Source of the DNA: Guillardia theta CCMP2712
Taxonomy: Eukaryota; Protista; Cryptophyta
DNA length: 64,000 bases
Assembly (NCBI RefSeq): GCF_000315625.1
Contig: NW_005434670.1
Location: 330,237-394,236, forward strand
Direction: 5' to 3'
In this document: piece by piece, positions 47,001 to 60,245 of the stretch
Layout: each line of letters opens with the position of its first letter
Position numbering within the stretch: the first letter of the stretch is position 1
Translations under genes and position numbers: made by a program
Notes under the pieces: model-generated
Told to the model about the DNA's origin: nothing
Database searches by the model: none
What the model saw: the letters and a program-made list of their open reading frames with translations, nothing else

Positions 47001-49164
47001 GTCGAGCAGGGTCTCCGGGTCCTCCCTCCTTGCAAGCGCGCGCAGCTGCTCCCATCGCACGTCTGCGCTCATCTCCTCGAGCCTCATCACCATCTGCAGG
47101 TGACTGCCAACGGGCTCCGAGCACAGGGAAGCGACAGTCTGCTGCTGCCACCCATCGCAGACCTCAAAGAGAGAGGACGCGATACATGCCGGAAGCTGCG
47201 ACAGCATTTCTGCTTTCCCCTCCTCGTCGCACCTCTCAAATGCGAGCATGAGAACAGCAGGCGGGATGTGAGCGAACGCTTCTGAAATCCACGTGATGGG
47301 GAGGTGTTGGATCACAAGCTGCAGTTTGAGAGGTGAAGTTGCCCTGACGAGGATCGCAATCTCTTCCAGGTTCGCATACATCAACCCCAGCGTCAGAGTC
47401 TCGAGCTCCATCCCTTCCACCTCGCTCTGTCGCTCCACTTCGTCAAGATGCCTCACGTTCTGGACTAGACGGATGGCAGCTTGAGCAGGGCCGGGAGATC
47501 ATTGAAGACAACCTGTCACACTCGTTCAGACTCGTGCTTGGCACTTGACCAACACACCTCTCTATCTTCTTGCGAGCAATGTCCCAGCAATGCTACAATA
47601 GTCTTTGGCTCGCAATCGCCAAGAAACGATCTCCGAGACTGCTGATCGGTTCCGAGAAGAACGCTTGCCAGCATCTGATCGCTAGTGTCATATACGAGCA
47701 TATCAAGGCAGCAGCTTTCCTCGGGAGCAAGTGAAGCGTTGGTGGGGTTCAGCTGCGCAATGGTTGAGGCGTAGAAGACAAAAAGATTGCTGCTCACCGA
47801 CATGTTTGTCGTTTCGTTCGCACCCTCCGATGACTGCATCGATGTTTCTTCCGGCTCCTCGTCAGCCACAGCACGCGTCCTCCTAGAGAGCACCTAGAGT
47901 TTCTTCACGAGCTGCTCGAGTATCACAAACACCAGCACCGTGCAAGGAAGCAGAGCTCTCTCCTTCCTGTGCTCTCGCCCTCTCTCCTTGTCAGCCCCGG
48001 AGTGTGGAGAGGCGGGTCGCTCCTTGAGTTCTTTCATCGCCTGCGACAACTGCTGCAGACTCCCTCCCATCTCTCTCGCTATCTCCTGACTCAACTTCAT
48101 CCCCAGCTGCCAAACGGCTTCATGTCGCTGCAACTTGGCATGAGCCTCATACACGTGGGTGCGGTCGCTTTTCAAGATCAACATGGCCTCCTCTAAGATC
48201 TCAGCAAGACCCTGCAGCACCTGCTTTTTGAGGGCTGCTACACTGCTTGCTCGCAGACTCTCTTCGATGCCTTCATTCGCTTTCAGCTCCAGTTCACGCT
48301 TCAATCCTGCCATTTCCTCACGCAAAGTCAAGACTTGGGATTCAGACTCCTGTAGCTTGTCATTGGCTTGCTGCAAGCTTTGCAATCTCTCTTGTAGGTT
48401 GTGATTTTCCTTTTCCATACTTGATAGTTTACTCTTCAATCCATCAAGCTCTTGCGTGCATCGTTTTTCCAGTTGTGATGCTTCAGACATTGACTCTCGA
48501 AGCGACTCAATCATGATGCTCTGTTCGCTGCATTTAGCCTGGAGGGTTGCAATTTCCTTAGCTCTTCTCGCCATCTCTCTCTCACTCTCTTTCTCCAACA
48601 ATTCTTTTTCGTATTGAAACTCATTCTCTTTCTCCTCGAGTTGCTGTTGAAGTGCTTTACATCGTTGTTCTAGTTCATCTTGATGCGATTGCGCGAGTTC
48701 ATGGAGAAGAGGCTTGTCGTTCCCCTTCAACAGCTCGCCCGAGTAATATCCCACAGAGATTCGCTTCTCCTCCAGGTCAGCCCACTCCTTCAGGCTGTCT
48801 CGGTACTTCATTCCTTCACTCAGCGCTAGTTCCAGGTCAGACCCTGTTGCAGTCTCAATCATCGCAAATGGACAATGCTCATACTGAGTTGTAAGTTTTG
48901 AGATTCAAGGACGTGGCATCTTTCTGACATTCTCAGAACCTCGTCCTTCACGCTTCATGTCAGAAGAGACAAGCCTGAGCTCCATGACAAGCTCCTCACA
49001 TTCGCCTTCTCCACGCTCTTCTGTTGCCTTCTGAGGCGTTCAACCAGCTCCAGGAACTGCAGCGTCTTGTGCCGCGAGCTCTCTCGCCCCCGGCTGTCCT
49101 GCAAGTCAAGGTGGTATCTACTCTTGAGCTCCTCGTTTATGTCCTCCATCGACTTGCCCGCCAT
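43076..49164 (-). CDS. Very large multi-exon hypothetical protein: N-terminal coiled coil and MgtE_N-like helical repeats
   Basis: Co-oriented ORFs 48955-49164, 47894-48862 (E/K/Q/L heptads), 47516-47893, 46335-47456 and 45982-46476 (repeated 'LxxL..EER..L' helices), then smaller exons down to 43076. May be more than one gene. Confidence 0.55.
43669..44101. repeat. Compound (GAT)n/(GGT)n trinucleotide microsatellite in two tracts
   Basis: Two tracts separated by ~33 nt of unique sequence at 43881-43913. Confidence 0.95.
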
Positions 49165-49545
49165 CCATGACCTCCTCTCACTTCAGCTCCCTTCACCTCA
49201 ACCACACGCAAGACAAACTCACTGCAGGTACTCCTCCACCCGATGAAAGTCGTCAGGAGCGAAAGTCGCGAAGAAGATGCTGAGCTCTTTCTTCAAGGCG
49301 CGGGCAGCTTGAGACTGTTGTCTTATCTTGTACTTGCTCTCTTGGTGCGAGTTGTGAACGTTCTCAAGCCTAAGATTTCACGGAGATGTCACACTCACGC
49401 CCTTCCTCATTCAGTCTTCCCTCCCCCTCCCTCCCCGCCCCTCTCCATCTTTTAGCATCCTGAGGAGACATCATGCACACTTAGCTGGGTCAAACATCCG
49501 ACGGCGACTAGTCAGAAAAAGCAGAAGCAGCCGCTCAGCAGCAGC

Positions 49546-49546
<1 letters not shown>

Positions 49547-49603
<57 letters not shown>
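49547..49603. repeat. (GCAA)n microsatellite
   Basis: About 14 perfect units. Confidence 0.95.
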
Positions 49604-50403
49604 TAGCTGAGCAAGTAATTGAGCAAGCCTTTCATTTGTCATGCAGTCACTCTCACCATGCCGACGACATGTCTGTACCAGTAGCCACAAGAGTCCTAAT
49701 CTGGTCTTTACTCAAAGTTAACTTAAATCAGTACCATTAATCTTGGCCGGGCCGCCTGCCCGGCCCGGCCCGGGCCCTTCAACTTGATCGCCGGCACAAG
49801 TTGACTGACGAGTGCCAAGTAGTGTCAGACTGCCGAAGCCTACCCCTCCTTTTGATATAAACAGGACGGGTGTGCAATGAGACCCAACGGACCACCCGTC
49901 GGTGAGCGCTCATAAAGACTGGGGTATCATCAAGTAAACAAGGACATAGGGTGGTCATTTGTGATTTGGTGGTAAAGTGAGGAAAGGAGGTACTTTTGTA
50001 CGTAAATTAGGGGGTAGGGTAGCCAAGTTTGCATTTGAGAGGTAGGGTCAGGATATTGTTTATGGGGGGTGGTAGGGGGTGTTGAAGTGTGGGGTGGGGT
50101 GCGTGTGAACCCCAAGAGCCACCGGGATGGAGGGGACGCCGCTCCTGGAGCCGAAGAAGGTGAGGGGGGGGAGAGAGGGGGGGGAAGGGGGGGATGAGGA
50201 AGTGAAAGAATAGAAGCAGAACTGAATCTGAAGTTCGGGGCAAGGGAGCGGGGGGAGATGATGTGAAAAGACGGACATGGTTGGACGACGATATGTGTTA
50301 AAGAGTATGTGGCACCTTGGAGTGGTACACGCTACCTCATTAGCGGTTCGCAATTGTGAAGTTTGCACTTGTGAAGCGTTGTACGATTCTCTGGCGATTG
50401 TAT

Positions 50404-52248
50404 ATGGAGAATCTTTGTCTTCAGAACGAAACGTTTCGTTCTGTTTCGTATAGAATCATCGCACTTGAGTCATCGCAATTGATTTTATTGCTAGATCCCC
50501 AAATGGCGAAGAATCAACATACCCGCTGTTATTTCCGTGGCCTGCATTTCACTTGCTGTCTTGGTGGTGTACTCTGCTATGCATAATGAGCAGGCACCGG
50601 TCATTGCGGACCTCTCGCTGTCACCAGCTGTTGCATACATACCTGCCGTGGGCCAACAGAGACTACAGTACATCTATGTCCCTGAGCAGGCGCTGCAGCA
50701 ACAGAAGAAGAAAGCTTCAAAGTTCACGACACCAGAGGATCCTCTCTACTTGCCCCAGCCTTTGCTTCCTTCATTTGCAGTTGCAAACGGAAACATCCTC
50801 GCTGGGGCAGGAAACAACACCACTGCCGACGGTGGTCTGCCTCCATGGCATGTTCGGTCTTGCGCCATTTCGTCGTTGGTGACTCAGGCAAAAGGGGTCC
50901 TCATTCAGTGGGACAAGTGCGGGTACATGTTCCAGGGTCAACCCAAGTTTGAGGATCCAGCAAACCCCATCGCTCCCAGTGCGGATGGCACAGTCGGAGT
51001 GATCTCTGCTCCGGCGGACGACAAGGAATGTACCCCGTCCAAGATGAACTCGCCCAAGTGCAGGTAACCGGGCGATCCTTGTGTTTTGGGATACGAATTC
51101 TTGACGTTGCTATACTGTAGAAAAGAGTTCACACGTACCATCGCCAGAAATGACCACGATACTCTTTACAAATGCATGTTGAGCATTCGCGGTCTCTCCC
51201 AGACTTGTGAGGATTTGGATGTCGTAACGGCCAAGGAAGGAAGCTGATTTTCATTGTTTACAGGCGATACCTACTCTGCTTGTGGTCCCACCCCTAGCGT
51301 GAACTCACCCATCAAGTCTTTTGGAACACAGTCTGTTTGCAATGCGCCTGACGGAGGATACTACAAGGAGCCGGAAGTTGAGCGCATGTGCGGTGTTTGC
51401 GAAATGTTCCATGCAGTCGCAGGCGCTGCGGTCACCCCACACTACCGCGACACTGTGAACGGTAGCGAGTATGAGTTTTTGTTCAAAGTAACTGGATTTT
51501 GCAGAGGATGAAAGCAGCGGTGGAGGCTGTTTCGCACACGGTGCCACAGTTGTGGTGCAACACTCTGGCAGAAAGAATATCCAGGACGTCCAGGTGGGAG
51601 ATATGATCCTTGGCTCAAACCAGGTAGTCGTGACATTGGCATGAATGTGGGGAACGAGTGAGGGGCTGAATGGAATGCACAGGAATATCGTAGGACATAC
51701 TTTATTCACGATCACGAGAAGCCTTCCGAGACTTTGAAAATCTCAGTCGGACAGGAGGAAATCGAGATGACCCCCTCACATTTCCTTCCTATCTATTCGG
51801 CGGAGTGTGGTGAGAAGTTTTGCCAGTTTGCCAAGCTTGTTCCAGCCGCTTCTGTCAAGCCCGGAGATTTCCTGTACACCCAAGGTGGCTTTGAGATGGT
51901 GAAGGGCGTAAGCTCAAGCCGCTCCTTCGTCCGTTATTTGCTGGTTGAAGGAGGAAATCTCATGGTGAACGGGGTCCTTGCCTCTGTTCAAAGCACAGCA
52001 GCTGGAGCACTTGAAACTCTGCCTTTCAGGTTCCTGGACACGATCTTTCCTGGCAGCCTTGAGGTTCGTCCTGATAAAATAGTCGTGTGCCTGCCTGATC
52101 CTTCTTTCAGGCCCCGGCTATCAAGCAGGCCCTTCGCACCGTCCTTGAGTCTCCTATGCTGCGATCGTTTGAGACCTTGATCGCTAGAACGCATGCTCTT
52201 CCCATCACCATTGCCCCTCTCCTCGTCTCATCTAGCTCAAGCAGTTGA
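50404..52248 (+). CDS. Hint (Hedgehog/intein)-domain protein with N-terminal membrane anchor and Cys-rich region; start approximate
   Basis: GGG-CFAHGATV...IQDVQVGDMIL (block A), IEMTPSHFL (TxxH), AASVKPGDFL and GNLMVNGVLAS. Hydrophobic segment VISVACISLAVLVVYSAM. Confidence 0.88.
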
Positions 52249-52494
52249 GCAAGTGCGACGACAGGCTACGTATGTCGTTCTACGATATTAATAAAGTCAT
52301 ATTGAGTTTATTAAGATATTTCTCAGAGTGCCAATGGTCATCATTACTGACATCGAATGCCTCCTCTAGGCTCTTCTTGACGTCCCTGCCCTGAACAGAA
52401 AAACGACACGCATGTGCCCTACACATCTATCGCGACCCTTCCACTGACGATATACTCAAAATGGTTTTCAGTTGGAAAGTTGCCTACAGACACC

Positions 52495-53060
52495 TCCTCT
52501 TTCCCCTTCCCCTCCCCTCCTTATCTTTGTCCTCGTCCTTGTCCTCGTCCTCGTCCTTGTCCTCGTCCTCGTCCTCCTTCTCTGCCTCCTGCTCCACCGC
52601 CACCGCCTTCGCCTCCTTCTCGTCCTCCGCCTCCTCGTCCTGGACCTCTTCCTGCTAATCGTCATCCTCCTNNNNNNNNNNNNNNNNNNNNNNNNNNNNN
52701 NNNNNNNNNNNNNNNNNNNNNNNNNNNNNNNNNNNNNNNNNNNNNNNNNNNNNNNNNNNNNNNNNNNNNNNTCCTCCTCCTCCTCCTGCCTCCTCCTCCT
52801 GCTCCTCCTCCTCCTGCTCCTCCTCCTCCTCCTTCTCCTTCTCATCCTTCTCCTTCTCCTTCTGTCACTCCTCCTCCTCCTCCTTCTCCTCCTCCTTCTC
52901 CTCCTCCTCCTCCTCCTCCTTCTCCTTCTCTGCCTCCTTCTCCTTCTCTGCCTCCTTCTCCTTCTCTGCCTCCTTCTCTGTATCCGTCTCTGCATCCTGC
53001 TCCACCACTACCGCCTCCGCCTCCGCCTACGCCTCCGCCTTCGCCTCCGCCTTTCTCGCC
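52495..53060. repeat. CT-rich low-complexity repeat spanning an assembly gap (N run 52672-52771)
   Basis: (CCT)n, (TCCTCG)n and (CCTTCT)n tracts, plus 100 N. Confidence 0.9.
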
Positions 53061-53689
53061 TACGCTGAGGTTATTTTGCAAGTCGAGACGGTCAGCTTCC
53101 TGAACTAGTCTTCCAGGTCCCTTAAGTATGTTTTAGATCAATTCTAAAAGATATTTTGATATTTTAAAAATAAATGAGTATTTTAAATAAAATATAGTTT
53201 TAAACGATCGGAGCTGTAAAGACTGCACCATCCAATGCCCGTGACCCTACCCCTCACGCTACCCCACCCACTAAAGGAATTGAAACCTGGATGGTGTACT
53301 ACCCCCACCATCAATATATCTGAGTCACACACGGGTTCCGTCGACTATGAGTACCCTACCCCTATCACACCTCCCCTGTATCCCAATCCGATTTCTGCTG
53401 TGATCTGTAGCCGACATCCAATTCGGTACACGCCACCGCGGAACGGTTACAACGGTTACAATAGTAAGTAAAGGGCCGTGGTCGGTATGAGTCGAGATCT
53501 CTCACGTCAGTCGACGGCGACTACAATCGCGGCTGAGCTTCAACGCTCAGAGCCATGACAAGATCAGAGCAGCCGCACAACGTGAGAGGGGAGGGGAGGC
53601 GGAGGCAGCGGAAGGTACAACTCTGCTAGTTTAGAATAGAAGTAGACGGAAAAATGAAAGAGGAAAGAACTCGAGAGCCTTAGGGCGCG

Positions 53690-55760
53690 TACGTTAGTCT
53701 CACGTCAGCCTTGAAGTGGAAGGGGACCATCCCTATCACCCATGTCAGCCCCTCGCAACCTGCCAGTTTCAGCTGGAATCACCTAACCACCCGGCCGACC
53801 ATTTCTCGGGCACCAGTCCAGCTCGACGGAAGGCCGTGTGAAGAGTATTCTGCCCCGCTTGCTGTCAGCTAAGAGAGGAACCCAGCATTTTATCACCTCG
53901 TAGAGCGGTGCTGGAAAGAGCGAGTCTATTCTTGCACGAAACTCTTGAGCCCGCGACTGCTCCACCTGCTCACCGTCAGCTCTCTCCAACGTAGACTTCT
54001 GGCTCACCTGAAACCCCGTCCAGCCAAGGAAGGAATCTGCTTGCGAGTCGCTGAAAGGAAGCGCTCTGATCAGCCCATCCGTAGCGCTGGCCCCCTAAGT
54101 CAGCCATGTTCCGCTACTCAAGCTCTCAGTACCTGAACTGAAGCTCGCGGAGGATGCATTCATGTTGACTCTTGATCTGCAGCCTCGTGCACAGGTCCAC
54201 CTGCTCAGTGGTCAATTTTCTTGCACTCCTCCCGCTCCTCCCACCTGACGCTGAAAGTTTGGATCTTGAAATGCTGAGTCGTTCTGCAAACAGATTGAGG
54301 ACAAGTGCAAAAAGGAGTCCTCCTTCACCTTCCTCCTGTCCTCCCAAACAGCTCGCATCCGCTTCACTGTCTCCAGCCAATGCTCCTGCCCTTGTCTCGC
54401 TTTCCTCTGCATTCTAATCATCGCCGTCCTCCATCTCCTCCTCCTCCTCCTCCTCCTCACCTGCATTTCTGGCCTATTCCTGACATGTGCTCCGCTCCCC
54501 TCTGCACGAGGCTGGGAGGGTTCGGAGTCGTTCAAATGAGGAGGTTTTGCTTTGAGCAAGGAGCTGCTGGTCCCGTTGGCAAGAATAGGTGTGCTAGCCT
54601 TGACGCTGATGGGATGAACGACCTGAGGGGAGGAAACAGGGATAGAAACAGCTAGTGGATGGGAGATGATGTTCTCGACTGTTGCATTGCTTCGATTTGA
54701 GGCGTAGGAGGTCGAGGTAGAGGGCGTCTCGTCTCTGTTGGACACGTGATCTATGGCCTCGTGCGATTCGTCCTTCACGTGAGTCGTATCTGGCTTCTCT
54801 TCTACTTCCTCCTTGTCGCTCTGCCACTCACAGTCATCATCGCCAATCACATCACGCTCTGATTCCTCCGACACCTCATTCGCCTGTTGACTCCCGTCGT
54901 CGCTCCAGCCTGATCGCGTCAGCACGGACTGCTCTGAGATGACAGCGGGTATCGCGTGCACGTCTCGCTTCCTCGACGATATGTGATTAGCTGACTCGAA
55001 TCCCGTGTGGTCTCGCTTCCTCGAGCTGCCTATCGGCTGCTGCCATGACAATCCCGTTCTCCCGTATTTCAATGCACGTTCATTCGTCTGCTATATCATT
55101 TCATCAGCCTTGCGCGTCAAACACAAGCGGCATACCTCCTGCAGGTCTTCTTGCTCGATCACCTCCAGAAACGTCTCGAAGCCCTCGACTGAGCCCGACA
55201 TGCTCATGGGCGCATCGATGGAGCCGTGTCGTCCTCGTAGCCCCGAGATGAGAGAGAACGAACCTTCCCCAAGTCGCGGGATGTGGGTTGGCTGCGCGTT
55301 CTCAGGTGTAGCCGAGTTGGAGTGACGATCGCGAGAGTCGAGCTCGGGGGTGCGAGGAAGGAGCGGGGTCTCAGACTGGGTGGATCCGAAGAGATTCTCA
55401 TCCAGACTGCCTCCAGACAGCATCATAAGCGACGCTATGCTACCTCTACTTCTGTTCCGCATGTCCGTCACCAGACAGGCCGGCGCGTCCATCCAGTTTT
55501 CCTCAGGCTTTATGGAGGGAAGAATGTTCTGGATGGCCTGGTCGAGGTGGCGATGCTGATCTGAGCTGCTGTTCTCATGGCTGTCGAAGTTGTCAACGGA
55601 ATCTTCCATCGACAGGGTGCTGAAGATCCTCGAGCTTTCCAGCGGCATCTTGGATCTGCGGAATTGTCAGCATCAGGCAGACCCCTCAGCAACCTTGATG
55701 CGGACGACCTGAAATGAGATACTTGGCGGTGTTGACGATCTCAAATATGTACAATGATCT
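53690..55760 (-). CDS. Hypothetical multi-exon Ser/acidic-rich protein; limits uncertain, may extend to ~56420
   Basis: Co-oriented ORFs 55091-55648, 54212-55072 and 53783-54007 with short GT-AG gaps. Confidence 0.45.
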
Positions 55761-57066
55761 TCGTTGTAGAACCTAGCACGAAGTGGTCACAGCAAGCAGA
55801 GCAGAGCTGGCGTTAAAAGCGCATATCATCTCAATTCAAACAGGTTTCAAACGACGTGTTTTTCGTGTAAATCCCCGCCAAACATGACAACGAGCTCTTG
55901 ATTCGCTCTGATCCACACTAAACAAAACACTCGATCTAGACTAAAAGTAAAATGTGTTAGTTTCAATGGGTATCAAGGATCGTCACGGAACCAGATAAAT
56001 ACCATCCGCAAACTAGAGTATCAGATCAGCAAAGTGTTCACAATGCGACAACCTTCAATAAAACAGCTGTTTCTTTGCATATGTTTCAAACCACAGAGGA
56101 CTTCGACACCTTCAGAACAACTCGCTGATCAATGAGTTCTGATGACTCGCATGCTCCCTAAATGCAGGCACAGATGGCATGTATGTATGGATGTTCATGC
56201 ATATCTCGGCAACCTCTACTTCTATGTCTTTGTCTATCTATCATGTTTGGTCGCATCTTCCTCCTCCCCCTGCCATGGCGCTTGGGTGAAGGTGCTGGTC
56301 GAGCCCCTTCTATCTTTCAGCAAAGCTTTTACGACAAGGGTTATCTTTTGCTTTCAATTTACATTTCCAGCTTCATCAATTTTCCTTCTTACCCAGAATT
56401 TGGAGAAGCAATTTTCATAATTTCATGTAATTACTGAAACTTTTGATCGAAGAATCGAAATCGTTGAACCCCCTTTCTAGATTCATTTTTCCATCCTTGT
56501 ATGGTGCGACAAGGACCCCGTAGGTTTCCTTTCATCGCACCGGTCGTGCAACTGTAAAAACTGTGATTTAAAAGTATTTTACTGTACGTTTTAAAATTTA
56601 GGGGAAGCTAAAAACTCAACGATCTGTTGAGATTATTTCTCAGAAAGAGGAGATAAAACTCTTTTTGTACGTCATCGAGAAAATAAAGCATAAATATGTT
56701 TTAAAACTTTTATTAAATGAACTCCTGAATTTAAAGAATATTTTAAACAGTTTTAAAATATCAAGATCCGGCTGTATATCTTACAGCTGCTCACCCTCCT
56801 GTTTGACCAGGCACGCGCTCAATTCAGTGAGGGGTGGTCACATGACGGGTGGGGCCTGGCGGGAGGCATCACTCCGTGACTCACAGGCAGGAAACTTGAA
56901 AAAGGCGGCCCGGGGTCGGTACCGTACGGTCGCGTGGCACTGCAGTCACGGCGCGGCAGCGGCGGGCCCCGGCGGGCCCCGGCTCAGCTGACAGTGAACT
57001 TCGGAAGCGGCCCGGGCTGTGAGGCTCGGAACTTCGGAACTCCGAAGGCTTGCCGCTGAGTTGGCC

Positions 57067-57230
57067 GGGCAGGATGCCATGATGGGGTTTGGTTCTCGCC
57101 GCAGGCTGTCCGATCTTTTCTCTTCTCGCCGTTTGGCCAGTGCGACAGTGTCAGTGTCCTCGTACCCGGGCCCCCCCGGTACTTATTTTTAACTTAACTT
57201 TGACGGTAAAGGTCAAGCCGCTCTTCGACC
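57067..57230. repeat. Decayed copy of the 236 bp element
   Basis: Shares ggtttggttctcg, ttttctcttctcgccgtttgg, gtgcgacagtgtcag, tgtcctcgtac and tttttaacttaactttga with 23022-23153. Confidence 0.85.
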
Positions 57231-58512
57231 GTCCCCCCAGGCTCCCGGTCCTGATGTCCGGCCGCCGGGCCGCCGCCGGGGCCTCAGCGGCCTAGCCTGA
57301 CCGACCGAAGTTCCGATTCGTCCGGACGGGAGTCCCGGGCCCGGATGCCAGCCTCCCCGGTCCCCCGGGAGCGGCCGCGGTTGCACGGCCCGGCCCGGCC
57401 CGGCCTGCGGCGCGGCACTGACCGACAGTGTTAGTATCGGCCCTCGGCTCGGATGATCAAGTCAACCGGGCCCCCCGGAATTCAGGCTAGGAAAACTTCG
57501 GAAACTAGTAATTTCTTATTCAACGTCGGACTAGATTTCTTATTGACAGGCCCTGAGCATTGAAACAAAGGAGCCTGGGGGAGGATAAAGCCTACAAACT
57601 TGAAACCTGCCTCAATGAAATACTAGAAAACGAAGGAGGCAGCGGCGAAAAGTAGTGCCGGCGAGAGGCTCATCGGAAGTTTAGCTAGTAAACTGTCGTT
57701 TAGCTGTTATCATTAGCTGATAAACTTGGTGAACTGGACTACTGACTACCCCCCCCCCCTCTCGGAGGCTCTTCCCCTCACATGACAGGACGAGGGACCC
57801 GTACTCCTCTATCGGCAGTAACTTGATCTAAAACGGGAACGAAAGAATCAGACTCTCATTAACGCCGCCATGTTTGCTGTCCTTCACGAAACCTTCGGTC
57901 ACATGCTGGGCAACTGGAAGGAAGAGGTGAGCTACAAAGCGCAAGACTATTGTGTCTAGATCCTGCAGTTCCTCTTGAAGTCACGTGCTTCAAGTTCATC
58001 TTTCACATCGAGTTGCCCTGAACTTCACGTCGCTACCTAATACGTGTATTGCGGCTTCCGGGTCCTGCGAGGCAAGAGGACCGTAACTGATGCACCGTGA
58101 TATCATCATCACAGAGTTGTCACTCTAACTCTCTCTGTTGTGCGTTTATTGCTGCCTGCCATGTGTGAATGTTTGATTTGACGTGACATCAATAACCTGG
58201 CACCATGATTTTTCCTGAATGCGATGCAATCGTATGAGGAGAACTTGAATGCATGTATTACACTTTTGAACTTAACCGATGTATCGAAATCAGATCAACA
58301 ATGGAAAGGATACTATGTTTAATCAACGCAAGATTATCGTGAAGGTTGACACTATCACTAAGTAACTTATCAATTGGAATCTTGCCGTTATCTGACTCAT
58401 CGAAAGGGCCGAAGGCGTCAACAGCATCGGGGAGTTTGAGAGCTAGATGGCAGACTTCATTTCACGTTTGTCCGGCTGATAGTAAAGATAGTGCAATGAC
58501 CATCAGCATTGT

Positions 58513-59745
58513 CTATAGAATTCGACTACCCATGGCAGAGTCTATCAAGGCCAAAGCCATCTCAACAGTCTCCTTGTTCTCTGACTCGCTGCCCAACCCA
58601 GGATTTACTTCCACCTGCTACAGCGTCACAAGGACGAATGAATCAGCTACTGTACCATGTCAAGTGATCCAAGTTGTCCCGTGCCTGAGACGGCTTCGAC
58701 TAGATAATGGGCCTCACGAAAAGTAAGGCCTCCTCGCACTGCTGTGCCAGTGCTTGGTGCATGTAAGGGATCGACAGCATCTGTTGTGACATTAGAAAAG
58801 AGACAGAGAAATGAATCCATGAGAGAGCAAAGATTTCTCCAGACCAATGTCGTAGCTGCAATGCAACGGTCGGCCATAAAGTTGATCAAAAGTTCGTTCC
58901 ATTACACCAGCGATTCCTGAAACCGTCATTAGCAACAGCACCTGGTTAAAATCGAATAGATTCGATGGCTCACCATATCTGTCTACATGTTGCATCGTGA
59001 AGCAAGTTATACCAAGATCCTTCAAAATTTTCCTTTCGGCTAGGCTCCTCAGATGAAAAAAACTGGAGACATGGGTGATACCTGGATCGACGTCTCGGAG
59101 ACCGATGTATACTAATTGTGCAGGGTGCAGCGGTGGAGTGCTTTCAAGCCAATCCCATCCAGGAAATAGCGTTGGTTCAACGAGTCTTGTCAGGAACGCA
59201 ACTGGCATACCATGCATATTGCCCGACGTGCTCAGCTCGGGAGTGTTAATGTCTGCATGTGCATCCACCCAGATTACTCCCGTATTTGGACGGGCCTTCA
59301 AGATCCCTGCGACCGTTCCTGCTCCGATGCTGTGATCTCCACCCAAAGTAAGAGCAAAATTCCCTTCACTTGCAGCATAAAAAGTGAGCTCATGCACAGC
59401 TTGGCACACTTTTCCAACATTGTAACAATTCTTGGTCTTTCCGGACAACAGCGAGTCCGGCTTCGGATCATTCTCATGTGGAGGATCGATGGCAATGTCA
59501 CCGTTATCGCGTACTGTCCAACCCAACTCCTCGAGCTCTCCTCTCAATCCAAATTTTCGAAGCATTTGGGGACCATAATCAGTACCATGATTTGGCTGCC
59601 CATAGACCATTGGCACCCCAAAGACTGAGCATGTCTTAGGGGACTTGAGGAATGAAGGAAATGGAATATCTGCTGGATGAACTTGACGAAAGACCCTTTG
59701 AGTGTAAGACCTCGACGATGGACTGTTGATCAAATACTTCTTCAT
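58513..59745 (-). CDS. Arginase (ureohydrolase, multi-exon; 5' end may extend to ~59996)
   Basis: GGDHS, DAHADINTP, SGNMHGMPV, YIGLRDVD, SYDIDAVDP...PSTGT...GGLTFRE and DMVEVNP. All Mn ligands are present. Confidence 0.95.
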
Positions 59746-60245
59746 CTAGTAAGCAAACATCATTCATTCGTGCTTATTTGCATGACATGTCTTCACCTTG
59801 CTAGGATTGCAAAAGTACACCATGTTCTGACATGCTTTTGTATGATAAACATTCTTCATCCTGGGGAAATTTATCAGTAGATGTTATTATGAATCTTTGG
59901 GTGAACTTGACAATCAAGAAGAAAAGTCGAAACGAATTCGACAAGGGAAAATGTGACAGTGGCAAGAGCAAGTAGTATCGTGTTTCGATAGCTCATATCT
60001 CCATCATGTTTACATAGCTCATAGTAGAATCATGTTTACATAGCTCATATCCCAGGGATCATCCTAAGCGACACACACGAGATTCAGCTCCTCTCCCTCA
60101 TCATCATTTTTCAGCGCTGTTGCAGAGTTTGTTTGCAGGCACTTGAACTCTGAGGCGTGCTAAGTCCGACTGTCTCTAGTCGGCCGCGCGGCCCGGGGGC
60201 TGGCCCGGGGCCCGGGGGCGATGGCCCGCGCATCAGGAGTGAGAA

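Noticed and set aside
52414-53103. Pro-rich/extensin-like and poly-Arg ORFs
   Set aside because: Translations of a low-complexity repeat across an N gap.
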